In this document: positions 37,901 through 49,137 of the stretch, piece after piece
How positions within the stretch are numbered: position 1 is the stretch's first letter
Layout of the letters: every line of letters starts with the position of its first letter
DNA from: Cyanophora paradoxa CCMP329
Lineage: Eukaryota > Plantae > Glaucophyta
Direction of reading: 5' to 3'
Assembly: GCA_004431415.1 (NCBI GenBank)
Contig: QPMI01000115.1
Span: forward strand, 62,001-126,000
Length of the DNA stretch: 64,000 nucleotides
The notes under the pieces: model-generated
What the model was told of the DNA's origin: nothing
Seen by the model: only the letters and a program-made list of their open reading frames with translations
Databases searched by the model: none
Program-made: the position numbers and the translations under genes

Positions 37901-40900
37901 CAGGCGGCAGATCCGGAGCAATCCGAGGATGTGGAGCCGGCGCCGCCTGTACAGATGCAGGGGCGGTCGGCTGCAATCGCCTCTAGATCTACAGCTAGCG
38001 CTTCCAAGCCCGCAGAATCCGTGGCTGGTGAGATGGACGTTCGGCGGGCTCAAGGGCATGATGCACATGTCGAATTGCCCGATTTGAAACCTCTCCAGAG
38101 CGCCCAGTCCACGTTGCATTTGCAGCTTCCGCGTCAGCGCATCAGAACACGGACTAGTAATTCATCCGCGACCAAAATCAGCACACAGAACCAGAATCTG
38201 AAGTTCACTCTTCCCGGTAGCAAGACGACGACAAGCCCAAACCCGGTCACTCTCCAACACAACGGGCGCCCGAATCTCCGTACCCACTCTCTAGACGCGC
38301 GCCAAGCCGTCCAACTTGGCTCTGATTACAAGGCCTCGCGGTCGGTCAGCCTTGACGCGCTCCAGTCTACCTCGCCAGCGCTAGCACTAGCAGGTTCGAT
38401 GCCCGAAATATATCGTTCAAATTTAAATTCGTTCGAGATTGCGCGCTGCGTTCTTAATCAAGCCTTTGATTTGCAGAGGACCGAGATGGCGACCGCGACA
38501 TCGTCATCGCCATTTCGTCCTCTTCGAATTGCTTGCTACGAGAATCGGAGGCAAAGACGGCTAGCGCTGCAGATTCTAGTTCTGCGCCCGGATCGTTTCC
38601 GTTCTTTCTAACGTTGCAAGAACCGCAAGACGCCGGCCTGGCGGCTCTGCCGGGTAAAAGCAGTCGACTTTGTCACGCGGCGGGGCCCAGCCCGTACGTG
38701 TGGCGACCCTCGCTGGTTTTTCCACGGAACGGCGTTGATCGTGAGAGCGATGCCAGCGGGCTTGAGCTCGCCGCCGCTGAAGACCAGCTCAATTCTAAGG
38801 ACGGCGATCTCGAGACGGGCTCTTCGGGAGGGAGCGGCCTTTGTCTGCAGCCGGCGCCGCATGCGCAGCCACGATATCGATTTGCCGCTCAAGACGACGC
38901 GGAGGCGCAGGCCCCCCCGAGCCGCGGCATTCTTCGGCGCTCATACGAGCGCGTTCCCGCACATGCGAGACACGGAAGCAATGGCGAGGACTCAGAGCCC
39001 AGGTGGGCTTACTCCAAGACCGCCCCCTTGAACGTCCGGCAGAGTGCGTCCACCGAAACTCGAATTTCGCGAGCCTGCAGCTGATATATGTGGTCTTCAG
39101 CAGGTGATAAACCGGCAACCGGAAACGTTAAGCTGCAAGACCAGCAGAAGGTCGGCAATAGCAAAGCCGGTGCAAGGCCCGGGCGGCCACAGGCGCACGA
39201 CGGGGTGCTTGCCCGCCTTACCCGCAAGTACCTCTTGAGGTATATCCATATGCTCGTTCGCGTCATGTAATATTATTCCGCTTACACCTTTTGAATGTTC
39301 GAATTCTCGCCAGCTTCTCCCTTGTGGCAGTCTTCGTCGCGGGATCCTTTTCCACCGCTTTGATCGTTCTCAACCTGTGCAAGAGCTTCCCCGCTGAGTC
39401 GAACTGGGGATCCATCCGGCGAATGCGGTCCCGCGAGCTGGCCTTCCTCGTAAGAATATTAATCGCCTTCTTCTATTCTGGAAAAGCATATCTAAGCTTA
39501 AGTACAACATTACCGCAATGCAATGCAAATTGTAAACAAAAGAACCCGTTTCAGCGCCTCTGATGCTACATTACTTTGGTTTCAGGCGCGCGAGCTTTAC
39601 ATCGTCCCTTCGTCCGTCGTTTTGCCGCGCGACGACCTCTTCCGCCTCCTCAGCGATGTTCTCGTGCGCCCCTTGTAATCTAGTTTCATAAATTCGCACG
39701 CTTCTCTTTCACAAGCCTCATAATCACGATCAAAGCTTCCCATATATGTGCTGGCTCGATCCGCTTCCCTGAGGCTTAATCATTCATTCATTGATCATCG
39801 CTGCAGGGCGAGGTTCAATGGATCCACAACTCGATCCGTTTTGGGAACGGCTCTCTGAACCTTCCTGGGTCCGTCTGGTTCTTTTATAGATCTCGAATTT
39901 ATAAAACTCGTGCTAAAGGCTACTCATACTCGATCAGGAACGACCGCCGGTACCCCGCTGCCAACAGCCTCATGTGTGAGTCCTTTTGCGTCGTTCAGGG
40001 GGACAGATCATCTTTCGGATGTATCAACCGATCGATTTGAATTAATATTGCCACCGACGCCGAGCAGACTACCCCACGTGCCTGCGGGACGACGGCGCTT
40101 GCGACAAGTACACCGCGGGGGAGAAAGCCATTATGTACTCTGGACTGGCGAGCATGTTTGCGCACTTCATTGAGCGCGTGATGGCCGTGTCTTTGGTGCG
40201 TCGTCAAATTAAAGAGCGTTCACGTTTCTCTTATTTCAAATGCATTTCGCGGACATGTACAGGAGCAGCAGTGCACGTACGCCGGCGGCTGCGCGACGGC
40301 CTCCTCGCCCGTCGACTTCTCTGCGTCGAAGGAGATCGCGGCGGTCCTGAACATAATGCCCACCCTCGACACCGGAATGAAGGTATGCGCGGGCCCGCCA
40401 GCTCTTACACAAATGATTTATTATAATTATATAAATACATACACAAACTGCGCCCCGTCGACGTCTTGACAATCGATATATCGTTAATCTATATACATAT
40501 ATTGCAGAACGATCACGCCAGTACTAGCGCTGTACCGTAGCACACGCATATATGTCCGCCTCGATCATGACGGTTGTCCCGGCCCGCGAGCAGCTCGCCA
40601 ACGACTACACGGTGGAGGAGGCGGACTCGCTGGTCAGCCTGGGCGTCCTCGTCCAGGGCGTCCTCCTCGCCGCCGACATCCTCGTCCTCTTCGGCCTCTA
40701 CTGTGCGTTCTATATATTACCGTTAGAATTCAATTCGTTTTCTTTGCATAATCTCGCTTAAGCTTATATAAGGAGAATCGCAGTCGCGGTCTTCAGTCCC
40801 CTCATCAAACGACTCCAAATCGAGAGCAACCGAGCGACACAGGTGCTACTAGAATATGCGTTTCGTGTAAACGCAATTGCGGTAACATAAAGGCTGGCTG

Positions 40901-40995
40901 CTGCGCAGATTCTTTCCATGCTGCCCGTGAAGCAAGTGTCTGAGCTGCCGTTCCTTCGCTCCTACTTCGTCTCGCAGACATTCTCTGCAAGCTGA
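31901..40995 (+). CDS. TmcB/TmcC (tiny macrocysts)-family multi-pass membrane protein with TPR-like region, many introns
   Basis: N-terminal TM cluster (32.5-34.2 kb). Family-like helical block LLKRALQLSPNIQLRF..AEQR..MLRRFWRQL..AEALFAQLVQSYPNSKQL..AYAQFLEQVANQPDQA. Internal TM pairs. C-terminus FSPLIKRLQIESNRATQ|ILSMLPVKQVSELPFLRSYF..* (TGA 40993-40995). Confidence 0.8.
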
Positions 40996-41617
40996 AAATG
41001 TAAATATGAAACATGTACAGAATAATTCTTGACCCGAGCCCTTAATTCAGCGTGATCGTTAGCATTGCATTTCTGGTGGCACGTGCACATTGCGTACGCC
41101 GGCGCCTTGGACTCCGGGAGCTCGAGCTCGAGGGGGCCGGGCAAATATATGTAGTTGCCGGATCCGCGCCTTCCCCGTCGACGTCGTGCCTCTCCGGATC
41201 CCAGTCCAAGTCAAGGGCACGGTCTGGCTGCCTGCTGCCTCCCTGCGTATTTCAAGTACTAGTCTTCCTATGTCGACGTCTTTCCCCAGGGTCTCCCTCC
41301 TTTAATTTCTCCCGGGTCCCGGATTCCTCGACCGTCGACGTCGACGTCGGACTGACGGCGTGGGGCTGGCCCTCGGAATCCGAAAGCTGAACTATATAGA
41401 AGGGCGCCCCCGCCCGCGAGGGCGCCCGGCGCGGCCCTCGGGCTCTCGCCCCAGCTCTGACCTGACCAGGGTGCTAAACGTGAAATGAATATATAACTTT
41501 GTAGCTACAAAAGGATTCAGGGCTAGGCTCCGGAACCAGGCACAGGGGGCTCTGCACAGGAGTAAATTCAAATTGAGTGCTGAGCGGATGGCGTTATCGT
41601 CCTAAGCGGATTCCGGT

Positions 41618-44600
41618 CTAGGGCGCTCCTCCGGGGCCAGGCGTTGCAGCTGCAGGTGCGTCGACCTCGGCCGCGGGCGCCGGCGCCGGAGACCCGCCAG
41701 CCTCGCGATCTGCCGGATGCTCTGGAAGGAACGACGAGAAGATCTCGAGGTTCCTGCACCGGCGCCGCGCCAATTTGAATGCAAATCCAGGCATCCAGTG
41801 GGCGCGTGAGCGTACCGAAAAGCAGGAATGACGTGGATCTCGAAGGAGTTCAGATTTTGAAAGACATGCGTGGCGAGGACGGGAAACGCGTTTTCGAGCT
41901 CCTGCATCGCGGTCCGGGTGGCGATGTATGTCTGCGGGCGAATTTGGTTCGGTTCGACAGAACACTGTGCGCACGCGTGCGGTATATATACGACTTCTTT
42001 GATTTGTGATTGCTTTGTCGATTTTTAATTTTACTACCTACGGGGGGTTCGCCCTTCCGTATTCTCTCAAAAAACAATATCGATATCGAAAATAGTTTTG
42101 CAATCAAAGAAACGCACTTTGCGGGCCGACTGCACGAGCGCCTCCCGCTCGCTCTCGGGCATGCCGCCGGCGCCGCGGGCGCGCACTGCCTCGGCGACCG
42201 CCGTCGCTTTCGCGATCGCGTACGCCGCGCTCGTCATGTGAAGGAGAACGGCCCGCTGGATTACCCCCTGCGCGCCTATCGTGAGTTGCTGCTAGGCCTT
42301 GGCCTAGGCCCAGATGGGCCGAGCCCAGCAAATTGCGGTCACCCAGGGGAAGCAGAGCGCGACGCCGATCGTCAGACGAGCGATGGAGTCGCCGAAGAGT
42401 GCCGGCGAGAAGAGGGTCCGGTCCCCGCAGCGACACGCGCCCCGGCAAAGGTGGCATTCGAGCTCGAGCTCCGAGCAGTACTCTTCGTCGTGCGAGGGGA
42501 TCGCTTCGGCAAGTGCCTCCAGCTGCTCGACGCTGTACCCGTCCTCCAGCGCCCCCCGGCCAGGGTCGGGGCCGATCTCGAACCGCTGGCGCATCGCGAG
42601 CTGGACGTAGTGCACGAGACAGCTAACGGGTCCTTCCATGTCCGCAGAACCGTGCCAAATCCGCGATTCAGGATCGTCCTCGTCGCTGGAGAGAAATACG
42701 TTCCGTCAGCTGCCGCCGAAGCCCCAAAACAAAAGTATGCATGATTCAATATAAATTAACGCGGACAATGGAGGGGGCACGTCGTCGTCAAACTTGGCGA
42801 AGGCGGCGAGCTCGCACCAGCGCGCGAGCAGCATCAGCACGGAGGCGAGGCCGGCCGGGTTCGAGGACGTGTCCAGCCCCAGCGCCGCCTCAACCCGGGC
42901 GCGCCCCTCCCAGCCGTCCTCGCCTTCGCTGCGCTCGAAGCTGACAAAAGAGTAGATTTTTGATACAGGTATACATCTGAACTGCGACGTACCTGGACAG
43001 GAGGAGAGCACCGGCAGCGAGGAGCAAGCGGGGGGTGAGCCGGATCTCGTCGGATCCTCGGAAATCCGGCTGGGGCGAACTTCCATCGAGCTTCGGCAAC
43101 TCTGGTCTCCAACGCGCCGTCAGACAAATTGAAGTCCAAAACACGAATAGTCGATCGTAATTTGAGTTCTAGGTCTAGGTCTAGAAGCCTAGTGCAGCGG
43201 ACCTCCAGCAAAGATCAAGTGGATATTTTGCTTGAAAGCAACCAGATTCGTCTGAATGGCATGCATATGGTTTGCATTAATGTCACACTGGGGATCCAAT
43301 CATAAGATCACGTAGGCATCAGCCACAGCACCTTCAGCCAGCTCTCGTAGCGATCTTCGCTGTCGTCGTCGCCGGAAGCGAGGGCGCTCTGCATGACCCA
43401 GACGGCCTGGACGCAGGGGCAGGCGTCCCACACGAGCTCTGCCAGCCGCAGCGCGTCCGCCCGCTCCTCCTCCGCCACTGCGCGCGCCGCACATCGGACA
43501 CGGGAGCTGCAGGAGTGATCGAAGGGAACGGACCGGCATCTTCGGAACGAAGGATGACGTCCAACTCTCCGAGGACCCGCCGCCACAGGGGCGGGCAGCC
43601 GAGGTCGAGGTTGCATTCGCTGGAGGAGTAAAATCGCGACAGGCTGCGGGCTTGGGACCGAACGCTGGCGAAGGCGGCGACGCCGATCTTTGCTGCCAGA
43701 AAATAGTCGACGAGGGGCGGGTCCACCCGCCCCATGCCAACGACCTTCTCCGCAAATGATTTGCTGAGAGCCCACGGGTCCGGGAAGAGATTGTGAGGCC
43801 GGCGGGGCGTTTGGAGATCGTTCAAGCGATCCAGAAAGCGCCCGAAGAGGCGGCGCCGCAATGTTGCGAAACCTACACCGTCCGAGGGGACGCCCCAGAG
43901 CTCCGCCAGACGCGGGGCCGCGTGGTCCAGGTGGCGAAGCTGCGCGCCAAGAAGGCAAAATTGTAAAGGTAGCGGCCACGGAGAAATGACGTCGTTCATT
44001 GGACATAATCACGTGCACGCACCGCATACGTGAAGTGCGGCCATTCTCTACAGCATAAAATGGCGGAGAAGGCGAGGCCGGCGGCGCTCTCCACGTCCCC
44101 GTTCTGGTCGAGCAGAACGGAGTATCGGAGGATGAGGTCGACTTGGTATTTGTCGCACGGAGTGTTGAGCGTGCGGCCGACCTTTGACAGCTGCTGCAGG
44201 ACGACGCGCGCAAGCGATCCGGGCACGGCGTGTGCGCTCTCGCCCTCAGGCTGGCGGCTGACGTCTAAGAGGGCCTCCACGGCCTCTGTGAGCCGCCGCT
44301 CCTTGCTCGCATCTCCAAAAACTGTGCAATTTTCGCACAGGGTCGAGCCGCCGTGCCCAGCAAGATGTGACCGCAAAATGCAATTCACGAATTGAAGCGA
44401 GAATGTGTTGTCCGCATTCGAGAATGCCCACGCGGCTGCTTTGCTGTTCAGAAATGTACGGATGGCATCCAGCCCCACAGCTCCGATCTGGATTCGAGAA
44501 GTTATAATTTGTGAAGATTGCGATCGAAAGCTGAAGCTGAGAGTGAGCGTGAACGGAATAGCGCGCACGATTGCTGGTCTGTTGTCGCGTGCGAACCGCT

Positions 44601-47600
44601 CGCCAAAGCATCTCAGTCTTCTGAACGAGGGCCCGGAGAATATGTCCGTTTTGACGAGAAGATCGAGGCAGAGCTTTCTGCGGGCGTCGGCCCCTGCGTC
44701 GCTGCTTTCCGAGGCCATTTCCAGCAGGGCAGTGACGAGCCGCAGCGCGTCGTCGAAACGATCCAGGGCGTCCAGGCGAAGAGCGCACGACAGCAACAGC
44801 GTCTCGTACTGCTGGGGTAACGCGGGCTGACACTCGCCGAGAACGCTGAGCGCTGTTCCCCGCCGAGCCGCAAGAAGCGACGTGGCGACATCGAGGACGT
44901 GGGCCGGGCTGGCCATAGCTGCTGGCTCGGCTGAGAGGGGGCCGAAAAGCGCATCGCCGATCCTGCTGAGGTAGCTGTCGTGTGGCTCAGGGTCATCGCT
45001 TTCGTAGTGCCCCGACATAGAAAAAGCAGTGTCAAGGTTGACATTGCGGAGGAAGAATCTGGCGCAATGATATAAAAAAGACAAAGGTAAGCAGGTATCA
45101 TGTGAAGTGCAATTGCAATCGAAAGTAAAGCACCTTGTCGATAATGCACCAAGGCCAGCTTCCTGGAGAGGCGAACACCAGAGTTGCGGAGTTCGAGGTT
45201 CCGCCTTGCCATCGACCCTAGCCGAAATCGACTTGTAGCGGTCCATATCAAAGTACGGCAGCGATCCCGTCCTGGCGAGGCGAACGAGGGCCGCCTCGAG
45301 GGCGACGTCGGGCCGCTGGGCGCAGGCGGCGAAGGCCTCCGCCAGCGGGAGCCCCGCCACCCGCAGCGCCTCCGCCGACTCGCGCTCGGCCGGGGATGGC
45401 GGCGGCGGCGGCGAACTCGAAGTCGAACGGAGGGCGAGGCCGGAACGGATCACCAGCTGGACCAGCTCGACCTCCTCCGGACCCGAGAGTCGGATGCGAG
45501 AGATTTCATCGCGATCGAGGGTGATGAGCGCCAGGCTGAGCCAGAGCACGCTGAGATGGTCGCCCGCTGCTGCAAGCTGCTGCTGCAGTGCCTCGACGGT
45601 CTTTGCCACGTCAATTACCGAGTCGTGAAGGACGACAACCCACTGACGCTGTTTCCAATCCTCGCCTCTGAAGAGGAGTCGACCGCTGCTCTGCCAGACC
45701 GAACGACACCGCCGCCGAGTGCAAAGGGGGCTGTGGAGACGAGCAGTCGAGCTTGAAAGCTGAGTGCACTCGCACGCCCAGTCGCTGCTGCTGACGACGA
45801 CGGCCGATCTCGGCGCAAAGCACGTGGCGTCGGCATCAAAGAGGAGCGGGAGGTGCTTGTCCACGAGCTCGAGGACGGCAGCAACAGCTTCGGCGTCCCT
45901 GCGGCGGCTAGCCTGACACCACCGTTCGATTTCAGCAGACAAATGCGTGTACCGATCGCGAGCGCGCGCCAGCGCACCAGCTCTTGCACTGAAGCCACGA
46001 GAGTGCTGGCGACGCCTCCGGCCCGAGACAGGTTCAGGCGCTCTTGAGCTCGACCTGATTTCCAAGAGAGGTTATAATGAATACTGTACTTTAATGCCCA
46101 GAAAGAACTCTCCAGCTCACCACGCTCGAGCAGGTAGCGGCAGCGCATCTCGAGATCAAGGGGAAGCTCCAGGCGAAGCAGCTCGAGGCTGGCGGAGGGA
46201 GAGGGCTCGGCGAGCGCGGCGCGGAGGGCCGGGTGGTCCCAGGTGGTGCGAGTCTGCTCAGGCCGGATTTTAGACGAAATAACGTGACGAGATTAAGAAA
46301 AGCGTTCCAAAGCACAGACCATGCGCGCTGCGCGGACGAGGGTGCGGGCCGCTTGGCGCAGGACGACGTGGACGCCGTCGCTCCAGTGAGAGCTACCATT
46401 TAGATCGCACAGGTAAGGATCGTCCGCGAAACGGGACTCGGAATCGACCGCATCGACGATGTCCCGCCGAAGCCCGAAGCTGTCCACGATCTCCAGCGCT
46501 GCCGCGGCCAGGAGGGTTCGCTGCTGGGCGCTCACGCGCTCGTCGATGGCGATAAGCTGATCAACGTACGCGTGTGAGCTGAAGGTGCGGACACGCGTAC
46601 ATAGCTTAGCAGAAACGGAAGGCGCGCACACAGAGGCTGGACAGGCACTCGGCAGCGTGGTCCGCGCAAGCGTTCGCCTGAGGCCGGCGCTGCTGAAATT
46701 CCCTGCTGTCGACGAGCTTCTTGTCGGCGCTGTTGAGCTCGTACCGCCAGAGGAGCGTCTCGTCTCCCTTGAACTCTGCCAGCGATGCTGCCAGCCGCAG
46801 GAGGACGCCCGCCGCTGGCAAGAGCTGGCCCGCCGCGCGCAGCTGCTCAGAGAACGCGCGGAGTCGGTTGAAGAGCCTGCAGAGGGGTGAGAAGCTTATG
46901 AAGAGCAGACTCACGATCGAAATCAGACGCAAGAACGCACGCGTTGAAGCAGGCGGGGTCGCCGCCGTCGGCGGTCTTATCTTTAGGGAACAGCTGGTGT
47001 CCGCAAGTGCGCGAGTAGAAAAGAGGCTCCTGGGACTGGGGCGCCCCCTTAATCGGGTACAGGCGGATCTCGTATCCGTCATCACCAAACCCCGAAGCGT
47101 GCGGACGAGTCGTCCTCATCACCTTACGGAAGTCGCCTGGGAAGCGCTTGTCGTCGTCGTCGGCGCAGTCCGCTTGAGCGCAGCGCCACATCGGCGCGCG
47201 CGAGCGGCGGAAGGCTTCGAGGCCCGCCGCAATGGCACGCGACGCCAGCCCCTCGCCGAGCTGGTTCGCCCTCTCCGGATCCGCCGGCGGTGGCGGAGAA
47301 GCGCTTGGCTGCGCAAGGGGGGAAGAGATTGAAGAAGCGTTGATTAAAGTAGAAACTGAGGGCTGGATGCTAGCGCGAGGGAACTGGGGATAACTCTACT
47401 CTTATATGAATACAACGGCAAGCTCTGCGATGGCAAGTATAAATCTGTGTACATGTGTACATGTGCGCCTATGTGCGTCTGCGTGTGGTCGCGGCGGGGG
47501 GGGGGGGCGAAGGTGGGGACTCTCATAAGGCCTATATCGCTGGATGGTGGGGACATTCAGAAGTATAGAGGAGGGTTTGCGGGGGGGGCGCGGAGGGAAG

Positions 47601-47692
47601 GCCATTCATGGGCGGAGGGTTCGCAGCGGCGATGATTAGAAAGCGGGTGAATGCATGATGAGCCGTGGGGGTACGTATGGTGAGCGAGGGAG

Positions 47693-47725
<33 letters not shown>

Positions 47726-48590
47726 CCAAGCAGCCTATATACATAGCTAGAGCGACGCCTTAACGAGGACTAGCCAAGAGCGTGCTTTGGGAAGGGGAAA
47801 ACGCGAGAAGAGTGGTGTACCTGATCATCGAGCCCTCGGAGGTCGGGGAGGGAGGGCGAGGCGGCGAGGCGGAGGAGGCAGGCGGCGGCGTGCGGGCAGA
47901 GGCCGAGCGACTCCCGACACGCCGCGCCCGTGCACGTGACCGCGGTGCACGCGCGGCTCCCGCCCGCCTCGCTCTCCTGCTCCGGCGCGGGCGGCGCTGG
48001 CTGTGAGTACATCGAACGCAGCCGCCGCGTTACGTATACCGCGGGCAAAGCTCGAGGCGCACCGTCAGAGACGCCTGAACGAGTGCTTCGTCGCTCTGAG
48101 CTTCTTCTGCGCCGCCTCCGAAGTGCGCCGCGATCCGCAGCGTCCGCTCACAACTGACGGCCGCGGCCGCCGCGGCCGGCGTCGACGCGGACTCGCGCTG
48201 GATCGTGAGCCGCAGAGCGCCCGATGCGCTGCCGGCTTCGCTCGACGCTTCTGCTGCGGCTGCGAGCAGTTCTTCGCCGCGGGCGAGGGCTGCGGGCTCC
48301 GTGAACGCGCGAACGCCCTCGGCGCTGATATCGATCATGACGTCGACGGGGACGACCGCCGACGCCGCGAAGACCGCGCGCCAGTCAACTGTCGGGAAGC
48401 GATGTCAGCGGTCGATCACTATCGCTCGCTCGTTTGAAGCACGCCGCCCCCGTGCACCGCTCTCGCGCGCCCACCGATCGATCCCCGACCCGGCCCGCGC
48501 TGCATCGCGCGCACCTGGAGGCGGCTCGGGGTCGTCCTCGAGTCGCGCCCGCTTCGCGGATCGCTCGCCCGCTGAAGCTAAGGGCTGCAT
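41618..48590 (-). CDS. Large unknown SWIM-like-finger protein, copy B (paralogue of 22599-29778)
   Basis: MQPLASAGERSAKRARLEDDPEPPP.. start at 48590. Identical SWIM-like motif CTAVTCTGAACRESLGLCPHAAACLL. The 689-aa ORF 43996-46065 parallels copy A. Ends ..PGGAP* at 41618. Confidence 0.7.
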
Positions 48591-48597
48591 CGCTCGA
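41618..48597 (-). repeat. Right arm of the ~7 kb inverted gene duplication
   Basis: Reverse-complement match to 22593-29778. Confidence 0.95.
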
Positions 48598-48616
48598 AGA
48601 CCGCCCTGACGGCGTA

Positions 48617-48649
<33 letters not shown>

Positions 48650-49137
48650 ATATCGATATCGACATCCGCCGTCCCCGCCCTCCCATCGATATCGCAGCCG
48701 CAGGCGCCGGCCGCGGCCGGCCGGCCCCGGGCCGCGCCTCCGAGCTCGAATTCGGACTACGGAGAGCGCCGGGTCGCGCCGGACTACTCGGACTACTCGC
48801 GGCCGGAGCCCCTGATCATGACGGCAGCCCCCGCGGCCGTGGTCTCGAGCTCTACGCACAGCTACGAATGCGCACAGCTACGAATCGAATGACAAAAGAG
48901 TCGCCGAAGTTCTACTAGGACACACAGCCTTCACTGAACTAGAAGAAAGACACAAATGCACGCAATATACTAACAACACCATCAAAACTCGGCAGGGCGC
49001 CCTAGGCCTGCCCATGCTGGCCTCGAGACTCCAATAGGAAACTAAACTAATCAACGCAACACGCATACAGTACAAAGGGCACCGAGCGGGCCTGGGGCCG
49101 GAGCCGAGCGCGCTGGGGCGGGGCGTGGCGGCCCCGG

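Noticed and set aside
22593-48597. Composite or giant DNA transposon with long terminal inverted repeats
   Set aside because: The arms are intron-containing genes whose similarity stops at start and stop codons; no transposase, terminal repeats or target-site duplication seen.
48880-49080. AT-rich inserts near homopolymers (also ~22330-22400, 23500-23650, 57210-57360) as mobile elements
   Set aside because: No terminal structure or mutual similarity; more likely UTR/intron sequence or low-quality consensus.
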